Shown here piece by piece: positions 36,301 to 48,500 of a DNA stretch of 64,000 bases. This stretch comes from Callorhinchus milii. Lineage: Eukaryota. The DNA lies in NCBI RefSeq assembly GCF_018977255.1, contig NW_024704760.1, positions 3,162,001 to 3,226,000 of the forward strand, given 5' to 3'. Under the pieces are notes generated by a model. That model was not told where the DNA came from, did not search any database, and was given only the letters and a program-made list of their open reading frames with translations. How positions within the stretch are numbered: position 1 is the first letter of the stretch; each line of letters opens with the position of its first letter. Made by a program: the position numbers and the translations under genes.

Positions 36301-37967
36301 ATTTCTATCTTGTGTCCTTTGAGAGTTAATTTATAGAAAGTTTGTTTAGAAGTCAAATCCTTTGTTCTTTACCTACTGGTACATGACAATAATTTTTTAG
36401 ACTTGAAAATATAATCCAGGCCTGCCTTTAAATTGATTTTGCTTTTCCAGGACAGGAGAGTTTTATTGTGGGATAGAAGAAATTCCAAACCAGCCTTTCG
36501 AATTGGTAAGTATTATTTAGCCCTGCTATCGTATTTCCAATGCTTCATCGCCAATGATTTCAGCTTTCAGACTTTTTCCAAACTGCATAGTAGTCCATAC
36601 TGAGAAGGCTTTATATAATCTGGGGTAAGACTTACTCATTCTTGGTCAGATTGAGAAATCAACGTATCCTTTGTTTGATCAAGAATTCACTGATATGACA
36701 CTATTTTGTAGCTCATGAAAGTAACTATTATCTTTCAACCAAGTGCATGTAAATAATATCCACAATACACAATTCTACCCTGTATTACAGTTTTGGGAGC
36801 AATTTAGCTTACTGCTTATGTATATGAATAGGTAGTTTGATTCCAGTTGAGATTCAGATTTTGAATTTGTCCTCATTTTGGATTTGCAGCTTGTTCTACG
36901 GTGTTGTGGATGTGCAGTTGTTATTACAGTTCACACCAGCAGGATGTGCTCCAGCACTCCTCTTAAACACTCGATTTCTCTGCTTTCAGAAATTGGAGTC
37001 TCATGCTGTTCTCCAACTGCTGTCACGTGGCATCCACAGAAGGAGGACATCATAGCCTTCGGTAACTAAACCTAACCCTTCGTTTTGATGCTTTCCAATT
37101 TTTTTTTTTAAATCCTTTTAGACACGTCGCTCCCAAGTAAATGTGAGAACTGCATTCGGTAATCGGGAAAATGGTATTCTTACTGTGTTCTGTTGCACTC
37201 TTGCACGTCATGTAAAGTGTGATGTTTTACTGAACATCCTGATTTTTCACAAAACTATAGCCTAAATTTAAAAGCTATTGAGCAACAGATTAAATGTCTC
37301 TATTCTGGTAGTGTGAGATTACTCCTGACTATCATTATTATTACTATTTTGCTTTTTGCTGCATCTGAATCTCTCTTATTAACTGAACAGGAACTGAAGA
37401 TGGAATTGTCGGTATCAAAAACTTACAGAATGAGACAGATTCAATACAGACGTCTAAAGTGCACACGCGGGCTGTGTCTGGGCTTGAGTTTTCCTCGCAC
37501 AGGTAACTTGCTATTATCTTAATATCTTAATAATCTTTGATTTGATAAAGCAGCTCATGTCAAAACATTTTAAAGCACTTTACAGAGAAAATACATTTTC
37601 TTCATGGACCCGTTTTACCTTTTTGTCTTACAAGTACTCCCCTTCTGGCTTCTGTGAGCGAGGACTGTACTGTAGCTGTTGTTGACATGGACCTCTCCAA
37701 AGTGTAAGTAAAGCAGGGACTATGGAAAGCTATTACTTCCTGTATCTGTCGCTAGGCATTTCTTTTGGTGCTTGTACATAACTGTGAGCCTAGAAATGAA
37801 TTGTTTGTTCTTTTTGTAGGTTTAAAGATCAGTCACACAAGGACTTTGTTCGTAGTGTATCCTGGTCACCTCTAAATTCTGCTGTAATCAGTACAGCGGG
37901 CTGGGATCACCAGGTTCTACACCACACGATCAGCAAAGAAACAGCGTTAAATGCAGCAGAAGATTAG
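33370..37967 (+). CDS. WDR77: WD repeat protein 77 / methylosome protein 50, 327 aa; exons 33370-33448, 34071-34256, 34815-34956, 35342-35391, 35657-35727, 36451-36505, 36990-37061, 37391-37502, 37635-37703, 37820-37967
   Basis: [83 protein letters not shown]...GWDHQVLHH. Ten exons, 984 nt in frame. Head-to-head with ATP5PB as in human. Confidence 0.97.
33640..33840. repeat. (CACACAGACCCCCCC)n low-complexity repeat in WDR77 intron 1
   Basis: Directly visible tandem units. Confidence 0.8.
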
Positions 37968-39052
37968 CAGACGTCGATAAATCCTTTTTTTTGTACCGTT
38001 TCTTTATAACCATGTTACATCCTTGAAATTCTACCCCGAGTTAAGGAGCAATGACGGGTATGTCATCAAATTCATTTGTCATGGCAGAAATGATCTTCAT
38101 TCTCTTAAAGCAGTAGAGAAAACAAAAATCATTTGTGGACACTCCAGATTTCTACTTGTCAAATTGAAGTAACCCGTTTCAAAATTCTATAGCCCTTCCC
38201 AACGTAAGAACTTTTATGAGCAACCTCATTCTGCTCTGAATCTTGCCACATACGGATAAGTCAGCAGTGTTTTACCTCATCATTTTTCTTTTGTGACTGG
38301 GAGCAGAAAGTTTATTACAGCAAACGAGTTGGCGAATTAGTTAACGAATGAGCGGTTTGAGTAATATTTGGGTTGCTTGGTGCCGAATGATTACTGTGAA
38401 TTTTGACCCCTGCTGCTGTGCAATTTATATTTCATGATTCACATTTTGTTGGGGGGGTAACGAAGAGAATGATTAAAAAAAAGTTAATAAAAACTGGTCT
38501 GTTTTTGTATCCTACTATACCAAGGTTTGCAAGGTTATTTGAGAGATACCCTGACATTAATTTTGGTGTTGGTGATACACACTGGTATAAAGTACCAGAA
38601 CTACCATATTTAATACAAACAATTTTGTATAGATTACTTAAAGGGGGTTTCCAATTGCATTGGAATAATTTGACACCCAGTTTGATTGATGCTTATTGAA
38701 AATAACACTGATGCCGTTCGTTGCACTGATATAATTTGCACGCAAAAGAAACTACTTATGATGAAATCTCCACAGACACTTCTAAGTTAAATTCACTGAA
38801 TTCGTTAATTTCATCAATTGACTGCTTGGTTATTCCACATCTCACTCTTGATTTAGGTTATGTCAGCATTGTGCACGAGATAGGACATTAACAGAGCCCC
38901 TCCCTTTAAAACCGGGTGGGTGGCGATGTGATGTATACACCACAGATGGTGTACTTGTTCCCTGACTCATCACTAACCCAAATATTTTGCATCGCACCAA
39001 AACAAGTCCACGGTGTGAAGCAATATTGATTCGCTGTCAGAAAAATATTAAG

Positions 39053-39165
39053 ACTGAACAGGAACTGAAAATGGAATGGTCAGTGTTACGAAAAAAAAAC
39101 TCGCAGAAGGAGATGGGTTCGATACTGACCTCTGAAGTGCACGCCGGGTCTGGGCTTGCATTTTC
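39053..39165 (+). pseudogene. Decayed duplicate of WDR77 exon 8
   Basis: ACTGAACAG|GAACTGAAAATGGAATGGTC...AAGTGCAC...GTCTGGGCTTG aligns to 37382-37495 with indels; no donor site. Confidence 0.8.
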
Positions 39166-42100
39166 ATAAATGCGTCCCGGTGGCCTGGGAAGAAAGTATT
39201 TCTTTCTGCGTCCCGACGTGCGTATACCCAAAACATAATTTGATTATATTGGGGCATGTGAGATTTTGTAACTTATTCCACACCCATAAGAAATGCCCGA
39301 CTGAAATTTCCTCATCAGTCACCAGCAGTTTATAAATAAATCAGACGCTTATCTGCTCCCTCTCCATCAGAGAGCTCTCGTGTAGCCATGGAAACCTCGT
39401 CACCGTGACTGCCCTTTAGCATTTCTGGAGCATCAGAAGTACAAGTGAAAATACCTAATTGGCAGCACACAGGAAGCTAACATGAACCAAAGGAAAACGA
39501 GAGAGAGAGAGAGAGAGAGAGAGTTTATGTCTTAATGACTAGCGTGTGGACACGCTCCTCCTTCCCTGCACTGTTGGGAGCGCCTTAATTTTTTCTCTCT
39601 CTTAATTAATCTTTTTTTCATCCGAATCTCAGTTGATTAACTCTGAAGATGGGTGTTCTCGAGCTAGAATGGTCGAGCCGAGAACACTGTCACCTCCAGC
39701 CTGCGCAGTTTTAAGTGGTTGATAAAAGCCTTGCAGTTTCTGGAGCATGATAAAAGTTTAACAACATCCAAGTGGAGGTAAACTCTGAACAGATATTGTA
39801 CGGCATTCTATCATTTTAAAAAGCATTACATTTAAATACCCCACAAATTAATTATGCACAATTTATCTTTAATACCCAATTAATTCCCTCTTGAATTGGA
39901 CAACTCAATATGCCTCCTCTGCCTCTCTGGGTAGTTAATTGTACCTTGCTCTGAACACACTAGATTTATTGATGCTCTTTAGGATCCTGAATACTTCCAA
40001 TAGAATCTCCCCCAAGTCTTTAAGTGCAATCTTTCCATCTTGGCTCAGGTGCCAATTCCACTCATCCATCTATTTGCCGCAATGTACTAGTACTCCAAGT
40101 AGGGTTGGACATGTCAATGTTGCCATTGTTAAAGGGTATTAAAAGGATTGTTGCAGGTGTGCAGCAAAATTACAGGGCGACTGAGATTGATCTTACAATG
40201 GTGTCAGACGTAAATACACGTTCAGATTGCTGGGTGTGTCCATGGGCACTGCAGTATTATATGATCAAGGGGTAATAATTGTGCAAGGCCTCCAGCATAA
40301 TGCCCAACTAGCTTTCTGGAAACGACTATAAAATATGCTCTGTTCTCAGACAAGTACTAAGGTTCTGTAACACTCAATAGAAATCCTCAATATTCTTAGA
40401 AGGGTAGAAACAGGACGAGGCCATTCAGCCGCTCGAGCCTGTTTCGCCATTCTATAAGATCCGTACCTCAAGTCCAATTACCCCCCCCCCCCCCTTGCCC
40501 CATATCCCTTAATACCCTGACCTAACAAATAGCTGTTCATCTCAGTCTTGAAGGTGTGAATGGATCCATCTGATGATGTGAATGGATCCAGCCTTTCTTT
40601 GGTAGTATAAGTTAGTAAATATAATGGCATATAGGAGGCACTATAGGCACGTTCTACTGAAAGCTGACCTGCCCAGCCAACCTGCTTGGGATTTTTGAAT
40701 TCAAACTCATTCAACGCTTTCACACAAGGCTAAATTGCTTTCCAAATTCCCTTTTCAGCACAAGCATTTTGTTTTATAGATTCTGAAGCAAAAGCATTGA
40801 AATGTTAAAAAGTTCCCAAGTAAAAACACTTTTTTTTAAACAAAGATTAGAACTCAAAAAAAAGATGCTTTTCTTGATTGAAGCGCCTCTACTTTTGTTC
40901 CGAAGCAGATTTTAAGAGTCTATTTTTTTACTCAGATCTCTTTTCAAAAGTCTGAATGCAGTGAATTTTAATATTGGATGAAACCGTGAAATCTCTCAAA
41001 AAAANGTGTCTGACATTTAACTAATCATCACAGCATTTTCCCACCATTATTTTCTTGCCAGTCATATTTTCACTTACCCTCCTTTACAATAACCATCATT
41101 TTTTTTCTTTAAATGAAGTCTGATCTTCCCCTCCAGGATATGAGCCACTTTGTAATATAAATTTCAATTTAGTGCATTTGTCATGCCAAACAAAAGCCAT
41201 GACTCATCATAGGTTGGGCACATACTTCACGAAATATATATATATTATACATACACACTCAGAATTTTGTTGAAAGAATTTCTTAAGTTCGTCATATGGG
41301 TAATGATTAATCAGCAAGCTGGTAATGAGGTGTTACCTACAATTTTTAACCTACAATTTACTTCTTCATTGATATAACTGAATTGCATAAGAGTGTTATT
41401 ATGAGGTAAACGGGCCGCTTGATCCTCCAAGTCTGTGCGGGCCAGCACTTATAGTCCACCCCTCCTAAGAGCCTCTCCCAAATGCCTCTATTCCCTTCCT
41501 CACAAATGCATTTGTTTCCTCTTAAATACATCGACATATCAAATATTTCCTATTTAAGATTTGTGACAAGTTAGCCTATCCTCATATATCCTACACAGGA
41601 CAGATAGAGATCACTTGCATTCTACAGGACTTCCTGTTTCCTCATTTTATTGAAGCCGAAACTCTTTGCAACTCTTTGATAATGATAATCATCTCCTGCT
41701 TGCCCCATTCGTTCCAATGACATCAAGAATATGGAATTGCTCACCTACCACAAACTACACGCTTCAAAAACCCAACCCTGGTTCACCTGAACAGGCTAGA
41801 TAAGAGCTCGGTTTAATGTCTCATCTGAAGGACAAACACCTCAGGCAATTCAGAATACCCCAGTACCAAACTGAAATGCCAGCCTAAACTATAGTTTTTT
41901 TGTGTGTGACAAGTCAACGTAAGCTGGAAAGAAGGTAATATTTTCACCTCCCCAGCTAATTAATTTACAGCGCAGTTCTAACCTGTTCTTTCCTCAGTGG
42001 CAGAATAATAAAAAAAAAGTTAAATGAAACCTACTGCTGTTTACCACATCATTAAATGGTCTGGAAAAGTAGTAGGTCTAAAGGTCACTTTGAGTGTTAA

Positions 42101-42604
42101 GAAATTCACCCACAAAGCAAACAAATAATGATTACATAATTTGCAAACTGCGTAGCCAGTGTATTTTAAACTTCACGACCTGTGTCTTTTATAAGCACAG
42201 AATAAGTTTCAGGGAGTCACCAAATGTTACCAGAAAAATATGGATCCCATATAAAAAAAAACGATAGCAATGAATGCAAATGATTTGTTAGGTTTAGGCG
42301 GCTCACTGCTGTACTAATGAACTAGAATTTAGAGCAAGCTGAGGAAGCTCAACACTACAATTCTCCACAAGGTGAGAGACTGGTTCTCAGTCAGGGGACC
42401 AGGGGAGTTTTAGAGTGGAAATTTGCAAAGCTCATCAACACATCTTAGCAGTTAGCAACCGAGCAGCTCTGTAATACATCAGCTCTTCGCCATGAGAATG
42501 GAGCACAATAGTGGGAAGCTTAAAAGCATGAGGGGAGAAACATCTTTGTCTATCACTGAGCCAAGCCAACAGTTGTAATTCAGTTCATTAGTCCTGTTAA
42601 TGTG

Positions 42605-42880
42605 GCATCCTGTAGTTTATTGGTTAGCACAAGCGAGAGGACCTGGGTTTGATTCCTGGCCAAGGCAAAACTTAGGCAAGTTTCCTTACTCCACTCTGTT
42701 TCCCCAGCAGTAAGTAGGAACCCAGTTGTTAGGCGATTGGTGAGACACTGCTGTGCTCAAGTGGCTGCCGTGTTTCACTCACAAAGTATACAGTCAATTC
42801 ACGTTGCAGTGTATTCTGTGAAGCATTTTGAAACGTCTCGAAGACGTTATAAGGCATTATATCAAATGCAAGGATTATTC
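42605..42880 (+). mobile_element. Degenerate tRNA SINE
   Basis: Degraded head plus body and tail of the same family. Confidence 0.7.
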
Positions 42881-44117
42881 TGGAACCAATAGATCGAAAC
42901 TTTAGGTTTCTAAGTGTATCCTTTGAGTCACCGCCTGCATTCGCTTGCTTTTTTATTGCCGTGTAGTGGGTGGGTTAGAGCTACATAATATAAGTGCAAG
43001 GGCAAAGAAGCAGATAGTGATACATTGATCTGTAAGGGAGAATATAATGATATATAATGAGATTTTGTCCTCAACTGGTTACTGCCAAATAATAATCATA
43101 TGTTCATTTATTAAATATAACCCTAATCTGATCCAATCTGAAACACAAGAATTTTTAAATCTTTTTGATGAACCTTATGCGAACGATTTGAACACAAACC
43201 GTTTTGCTAATCTTTATGGCCTCATCTTCACAGTCAGCAATCAGCTTCATACAAAAGCTTTTTATTATTTTGCCCCATTGTTATAGTTACCAAGACACCT
43301 CCACTTGCCGCTTTAATTGGAAATGGGTGAGGCTGTGAGCACACGAAAGTGACGCTAAAAGAAAACACACTGCTGACTTGCAAGAGGAAACAAAGCGCTC
43401 ATTGAAAAACAAGAATTTACCTATTCCTTTGCATTGCTTAAAAAGCAAGGAGGGAACAGGTACCTTTCGGTCCCGAAAATCGTGGGTCAAAACCAAAGAA
43501 AGAACTCGCTCATTTTATTGACACATTTCAAAGTGCTTTACATTAGTTATTGTCAAGTGTAGTGACTGTTGGGTTTTTTTTGGAGACAAATGAGGCAGCT
43601 ATTTCACTCCAGGCATGAAAGTGAACGGCCCAAATACCTGCAAGATTGTTCGCTCAGCGGGTAAAATTAGTCTGTTGCCCAGTTCAAACCCTTTCTGTTG
43701 TTCTAATATGTCCTGCACCATTTTCCAGCTGATGGGGTTGGGGAATCAGACTTAACTTCCGAACCACAGCTGGAGTTGGCACACTCTAAGACTGTTCTTA
43801 TCCCCGGAGAACTATTTTCCAAGAAACAAATAGCTGTGGAAGAAGAAGAGCCCAAAAAGACATACATTCTAAGGAAGAGGACCCACTCCCATGGCAACGG
43901 GTTCAAGTCTCTTCAATTGGGATTTCTGAAGCTCAATTTATTTTGAACACAATCCAATCTACCGCAATTTGGGTCAGATATTAACACAGTCTTGATCATT
44001 GACTTCGTACTACTCTCCATTGAAATTGGCTTGTCACTTGTGATTCTGATTTAGAATAGAATCCAGTACATAATCATTAAGCTCAGGCCACTGCTTCTTT
44101 ACAATACAGAGTTTTTC

Positions 44118-44123
44118 TTTATT
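44118..44123 (-). terminator. Candidate poly(A) signal of the C6orf132-like gene
   Basis: AATAAA on - about 1.4 kb after the stop, at the end of a UTR-like AT-rich stretch. Confidence 0.35.
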
Positions 44124-45528
44124 GTTTGGACATTAAAACCAAATTGAACAACACAGAGACTTTGGTTGTATATATTACAAGAGGGAAAGAAATATACACA
44201 TTAGGGCTACTTGTTCAAAATCCTCTTCGCAATTTAAAATCTTGTACCTTAAACTTTAACCTGAATTCAGTTCATTCAAAAATTGAATGCCTTGCGTGTG
44301 TGTGTATATATATATATAAAATATATACACACACAAATACAGTATTTAATTTCTCACATTCAACCTAGTAAATTACAAAATAGCCAGCTAAGCATTCTTC
44401 ATTGATCTCTTTCTCCCGCAAAGAAGAGATCTACATTCTGATTGTTACACAGGAGTTACAATACAGAGCATAAAAAGAGCAGATTACTTTGGCAGGTTTG
44501 GATACGGAGGATCATATAATTAGATCCAATGTGTTATAATAAAGTTACTTTATTCCAAGTAAATCAGTACTTTAAGAAGAGTATATCATATTCCAACTGG
44601 TAGGACAGAGATATCATATAGGTCAGTGTTTGTCAACCACAAGTCTGAAGACTGAAATCAATCCTATGACCATTCCAGAGATTGTTTGATATTGAGTAAC
44701 AACAGGCTCACTTACTAACTGTCCATCACAACTTAAAGAGGAAACTGAACTGATTTCCAGCATCAAAATAGTTGAGATATACTGTGTACACAAAATATAT
44801 ATGTACACACACACACATACACACACAGACACATACACGCACCCACACATGTAACAATTCTTCCAATGGAAAACAAAATCAAACACTGTTCCACGTTTCG
44901 TTTAATAATTCTGCTGCAACCAGCTCGCCACAATTATTTTGATTAAATTCTTAAAGAGGCGTCGGAAGGAAAGCTTGTATAATGTCATGATGCAGAGAGG
45001 AGGCGGCAGTGAGAGGAGAGCAAAAGAAGGCCAAGGAAAGCCGCTGAATTTTCTCATACAGGCTCATGCTGCAGGCAGCAGGAAATCAAGATGGATTTTA
45101 AAAACAGGTTGAAATGGAATTGGAACTATGTTGCTGCAATGTTGTGCAACGCAGAACCACTGATTCTAACAAAATCACCTTTGAAGAAGCTTTTTTAAAA
45201 TTCAAACAGGCATACTCGTTAAAAACAAAGTCTGACGAGTGTATAAACATAACCAACAAATGGATTCCAACATGCGATTTGGTGCCTTTGAAGCCTCTGT
45301 CCAGAACATTGAGCATTTGGGGTATTTGTGTACCTGTAACAAGTGCTGCTGCGGTCAAGCAAAGGGGAGCGGTTTGTGGAAGTTCAGTAGCTGAGAAGGT
45401 TGTTTCCTGGAAATAAATGCAGGGTTGATGTTCCTCACCAAGGTTGATTGAGTTGGATTCAGTCTGTACCTTGTGAAAAGGCTTTGTTGTTTTATATATA
45501 AAAAGAGAGGTATAAACCATCTCCTCGT

Positions 45529-48500
45529 TCAGTTCCAGGATATGGGTTGCTTTGCACCAGGACGGACTGTGAACGTTCTACCGTATGAAAGATGTTGGGG
45601 ACGCTGAGAGCTGGAGAGATTCAGAAAGAGATGACCCTTTGATTAGCGGTATATTGATTTCAAACCAGAAACGTCTGAACATCAAGCTGAACAACAACAA
45701 CTTGGGTTTACATAGCGCCGTTCACGCAGGATTGCGCCTCAGAGCGCTTTAAATAGTTGATAACGCGCAATATCAAATGCAAGGATTATTACTATTATCA
45801 CATCTTCGCGACGTCTCAAAGCGCTTCACAGAATTTACTGTAATTTAACACGTGAGGGGCGCTATATAAATCCAAGTCGTCGTCGTTGTTTGGGAGGTCA
45901 GCTCTTGAAAATCTTAGTTACTGCTTTTCTACCACCAACACGAGAGAGTTACGAATATCTTTGCACTCCATGAAAGATCAGCCATTTAAGACAACACCAC
46001 ACTGCTTTTCACAGCCTACTCAGCACCTGTACTTATGCACTAAGCTGTTACACAACACACCCTCTTAATCATTCAGCTGCTTAAAAACACGTTTGCTACA
46101 CCCTTCTGCAAATCCTCCACCATAATCTGCATTACCTTTTGTCAGAATAATTACCGCCTACAAATTATGCAGTCACTGCACTTTACAGTGAACTCTGTGA
46201 GGTCTCAAATGCAATGATTGTAATTTGAATTGAAATGGAATAAATGCAGAAAACTGTCCAGATCTCTCTTTAGTTCTCAACTTGGTTTATAGGTGACACT
46301 TATCAAGGATCAACAACAACAAATTACATTTGTTCTGCGTTTTTCACACTGGGAGGACGTCCCAAGGCACTGGACAGTCGGTGATTTGGACACGAGCAGG
46401 GGTTTGGGATCAGGAGGGGTGGAGGGCAGGGAGGGTAGGTGTAGTTGGGTGGTCGAAGGTGCTGTCGAAGAGGAGGGTCTTGAGATGTGCCTTTAAGGAG
46501 GCGAGGGAGCAGGGCGAAGGGACTGTGGGATGGAGTTCCAAAGGATGGGGGCATCCCATAAGAGACTGGAAAGATTTTTGTTTAGTCTTAATTTGCCCCT
46601 TAGCTTTGGGTTTAATAGTTAATGCTGTTAATATCCATAGTTATCAATTTTTTTCTAAGTCATATTGGAAGGGGAAAGTTACATTCTCACTCACACATTC
46701 ACAAGCATTTATATAAACTGCCTGTCCGCTATTGAAGGCTAAAATATAATCTCACGGTTCAGGTAACATGTACATAACAGCTCAGCCTTTAATCTAAAGG
46801 TTCAGGTTACCAGAACCTATTGGAGGAATGTAACTCAGTAATTCCATCCAATTCTATCCATTATTCTATATAGAGTTATACATTATACTTAGCATCTATT
46901 ACTCTATGCAGTAGATACTATTCTTTGTAACTATTTCTTACTGTCAAATAAACTTGAAATAGGAGTTACGTAATTGATTCCATCAGCCAAGAAATCGAGA
47001 ATTTCTAGGTATAAAATAGGACTTAATCAAGCAATTTCCAAAAGTAATTCACATACACAGTTAAGTGCTTGTTACGTACGCTCAGTATCTTTCCACATCC
47101 CACAAAACTGCACTAGCGTTAAGAAAAGCTCTAATACCAGGAAACCACTATAAAATCTCCAAGATCAATTTAAAAAAAGTCCAGTAATTAATAATAAACA
47201 AGAGGGAGCGACATTAAAATGACCAATGCAATCTCAGGTTCGAAATAATAATACGGCATTAATAATCCTTGTATTTGCTGTAGCGCCTTATCACGTTGTT
47301 GAGACGTCCTAAAGCGCTTCACAGAATATAAGTGAATTGACTGTATATTTTTGTGAGTGAAACACGGCAGCCGATTGCGCGCAGCAGCGTCCCCACAAAC
47401 AGTTGTGGATTGAGTGACCAAATTATTATTATTTTTGGGGGGACAAGATTACTACTCCCACGGAAAGCGATTCACCAATCAACTAACAACGGGTGGTTTT
47501 AAGGTCAGAAAACTGTGTATAAACCACTTGAATGTGTTGCTCTAAGTCTTAAAAGAGCGCTCAAATCCCTCAAATCTTTAAAAAGAGGTGCGGAGAACTC
47601 ACCCTTTCAAATCCTGGGTAGAATTGGTGTCTACGTGAGACTGCAGTTCAGCAATAACTCTGCTCTCCCCTCCCAGTTTGTCTGCGGACGGCTGAGTAGA
47701 CTGATGGTCCATCTTTGGCGTGTTCTGCGCGTATGCTTTACCCATCGGCAGTGAATGGGGAGGGGATGAATTGGAGAGTAGTGGAGATCCTCTGCTCGGG
47801 ACAAACGTGGGCTTTGTGGCCAGCAACGGTCTCGTTTTGTCCGAACTCATGGCAAGCGAGGACAAGGATCCGACACTGGTCGTTCGCTGATAGGGTGAGT
47901 AGGACTTTCCGTCGGTTGGGCCGTTGTAATGGTTAGGAGTCGAGTGGTAATCAACAGGTGGCCTGCCAATCGCCATTCTACCGTTTACTTTGGCTTGCGG
48001 TTGGGAAGGAGAGACTCCGTCATCCTCGCGGTTAGAAAACTCCAAGGGAGGCGGCAGAGGTTTGAACGAGAAGTCCTCACTCCCTTCGTCGCTGAACGAT
48101 GGCGGCGGCGGGATCAAAAACAGGGGTGTCTCCATGTCTCGCTTGGCCATCTCTCGTTCTTCAGTTCTGTGAGATATCGCGTTGAACTCAGGCTTTACCA
48201 AAACCGAGGAAGTCAATTTCTGCTCCGTGTGATACGGTGTGACGCGGAAGGTGTTTGTGATCGCTGCCTTATTGTACTGAGTGCCTCCTGGGGCCTCTGA
48301 ATTGATGTGGTTTTGAAATCCTTTGTTCTCTTGTTGAACTTGACTCTTCCTTTTAGCATCTCTCTGTTTGGCGGCCATAAGCAAGTCCAGTGGTGAACGT
48401 GAGTTAGTACTCTTCCACGTGTCAGAGGGCGTCAGTTCCGTAGAGGAATAAGGCGACTTGGGAGTGCTTAGAGCTGCATCGAAATGTTTGTCCTTATTAA

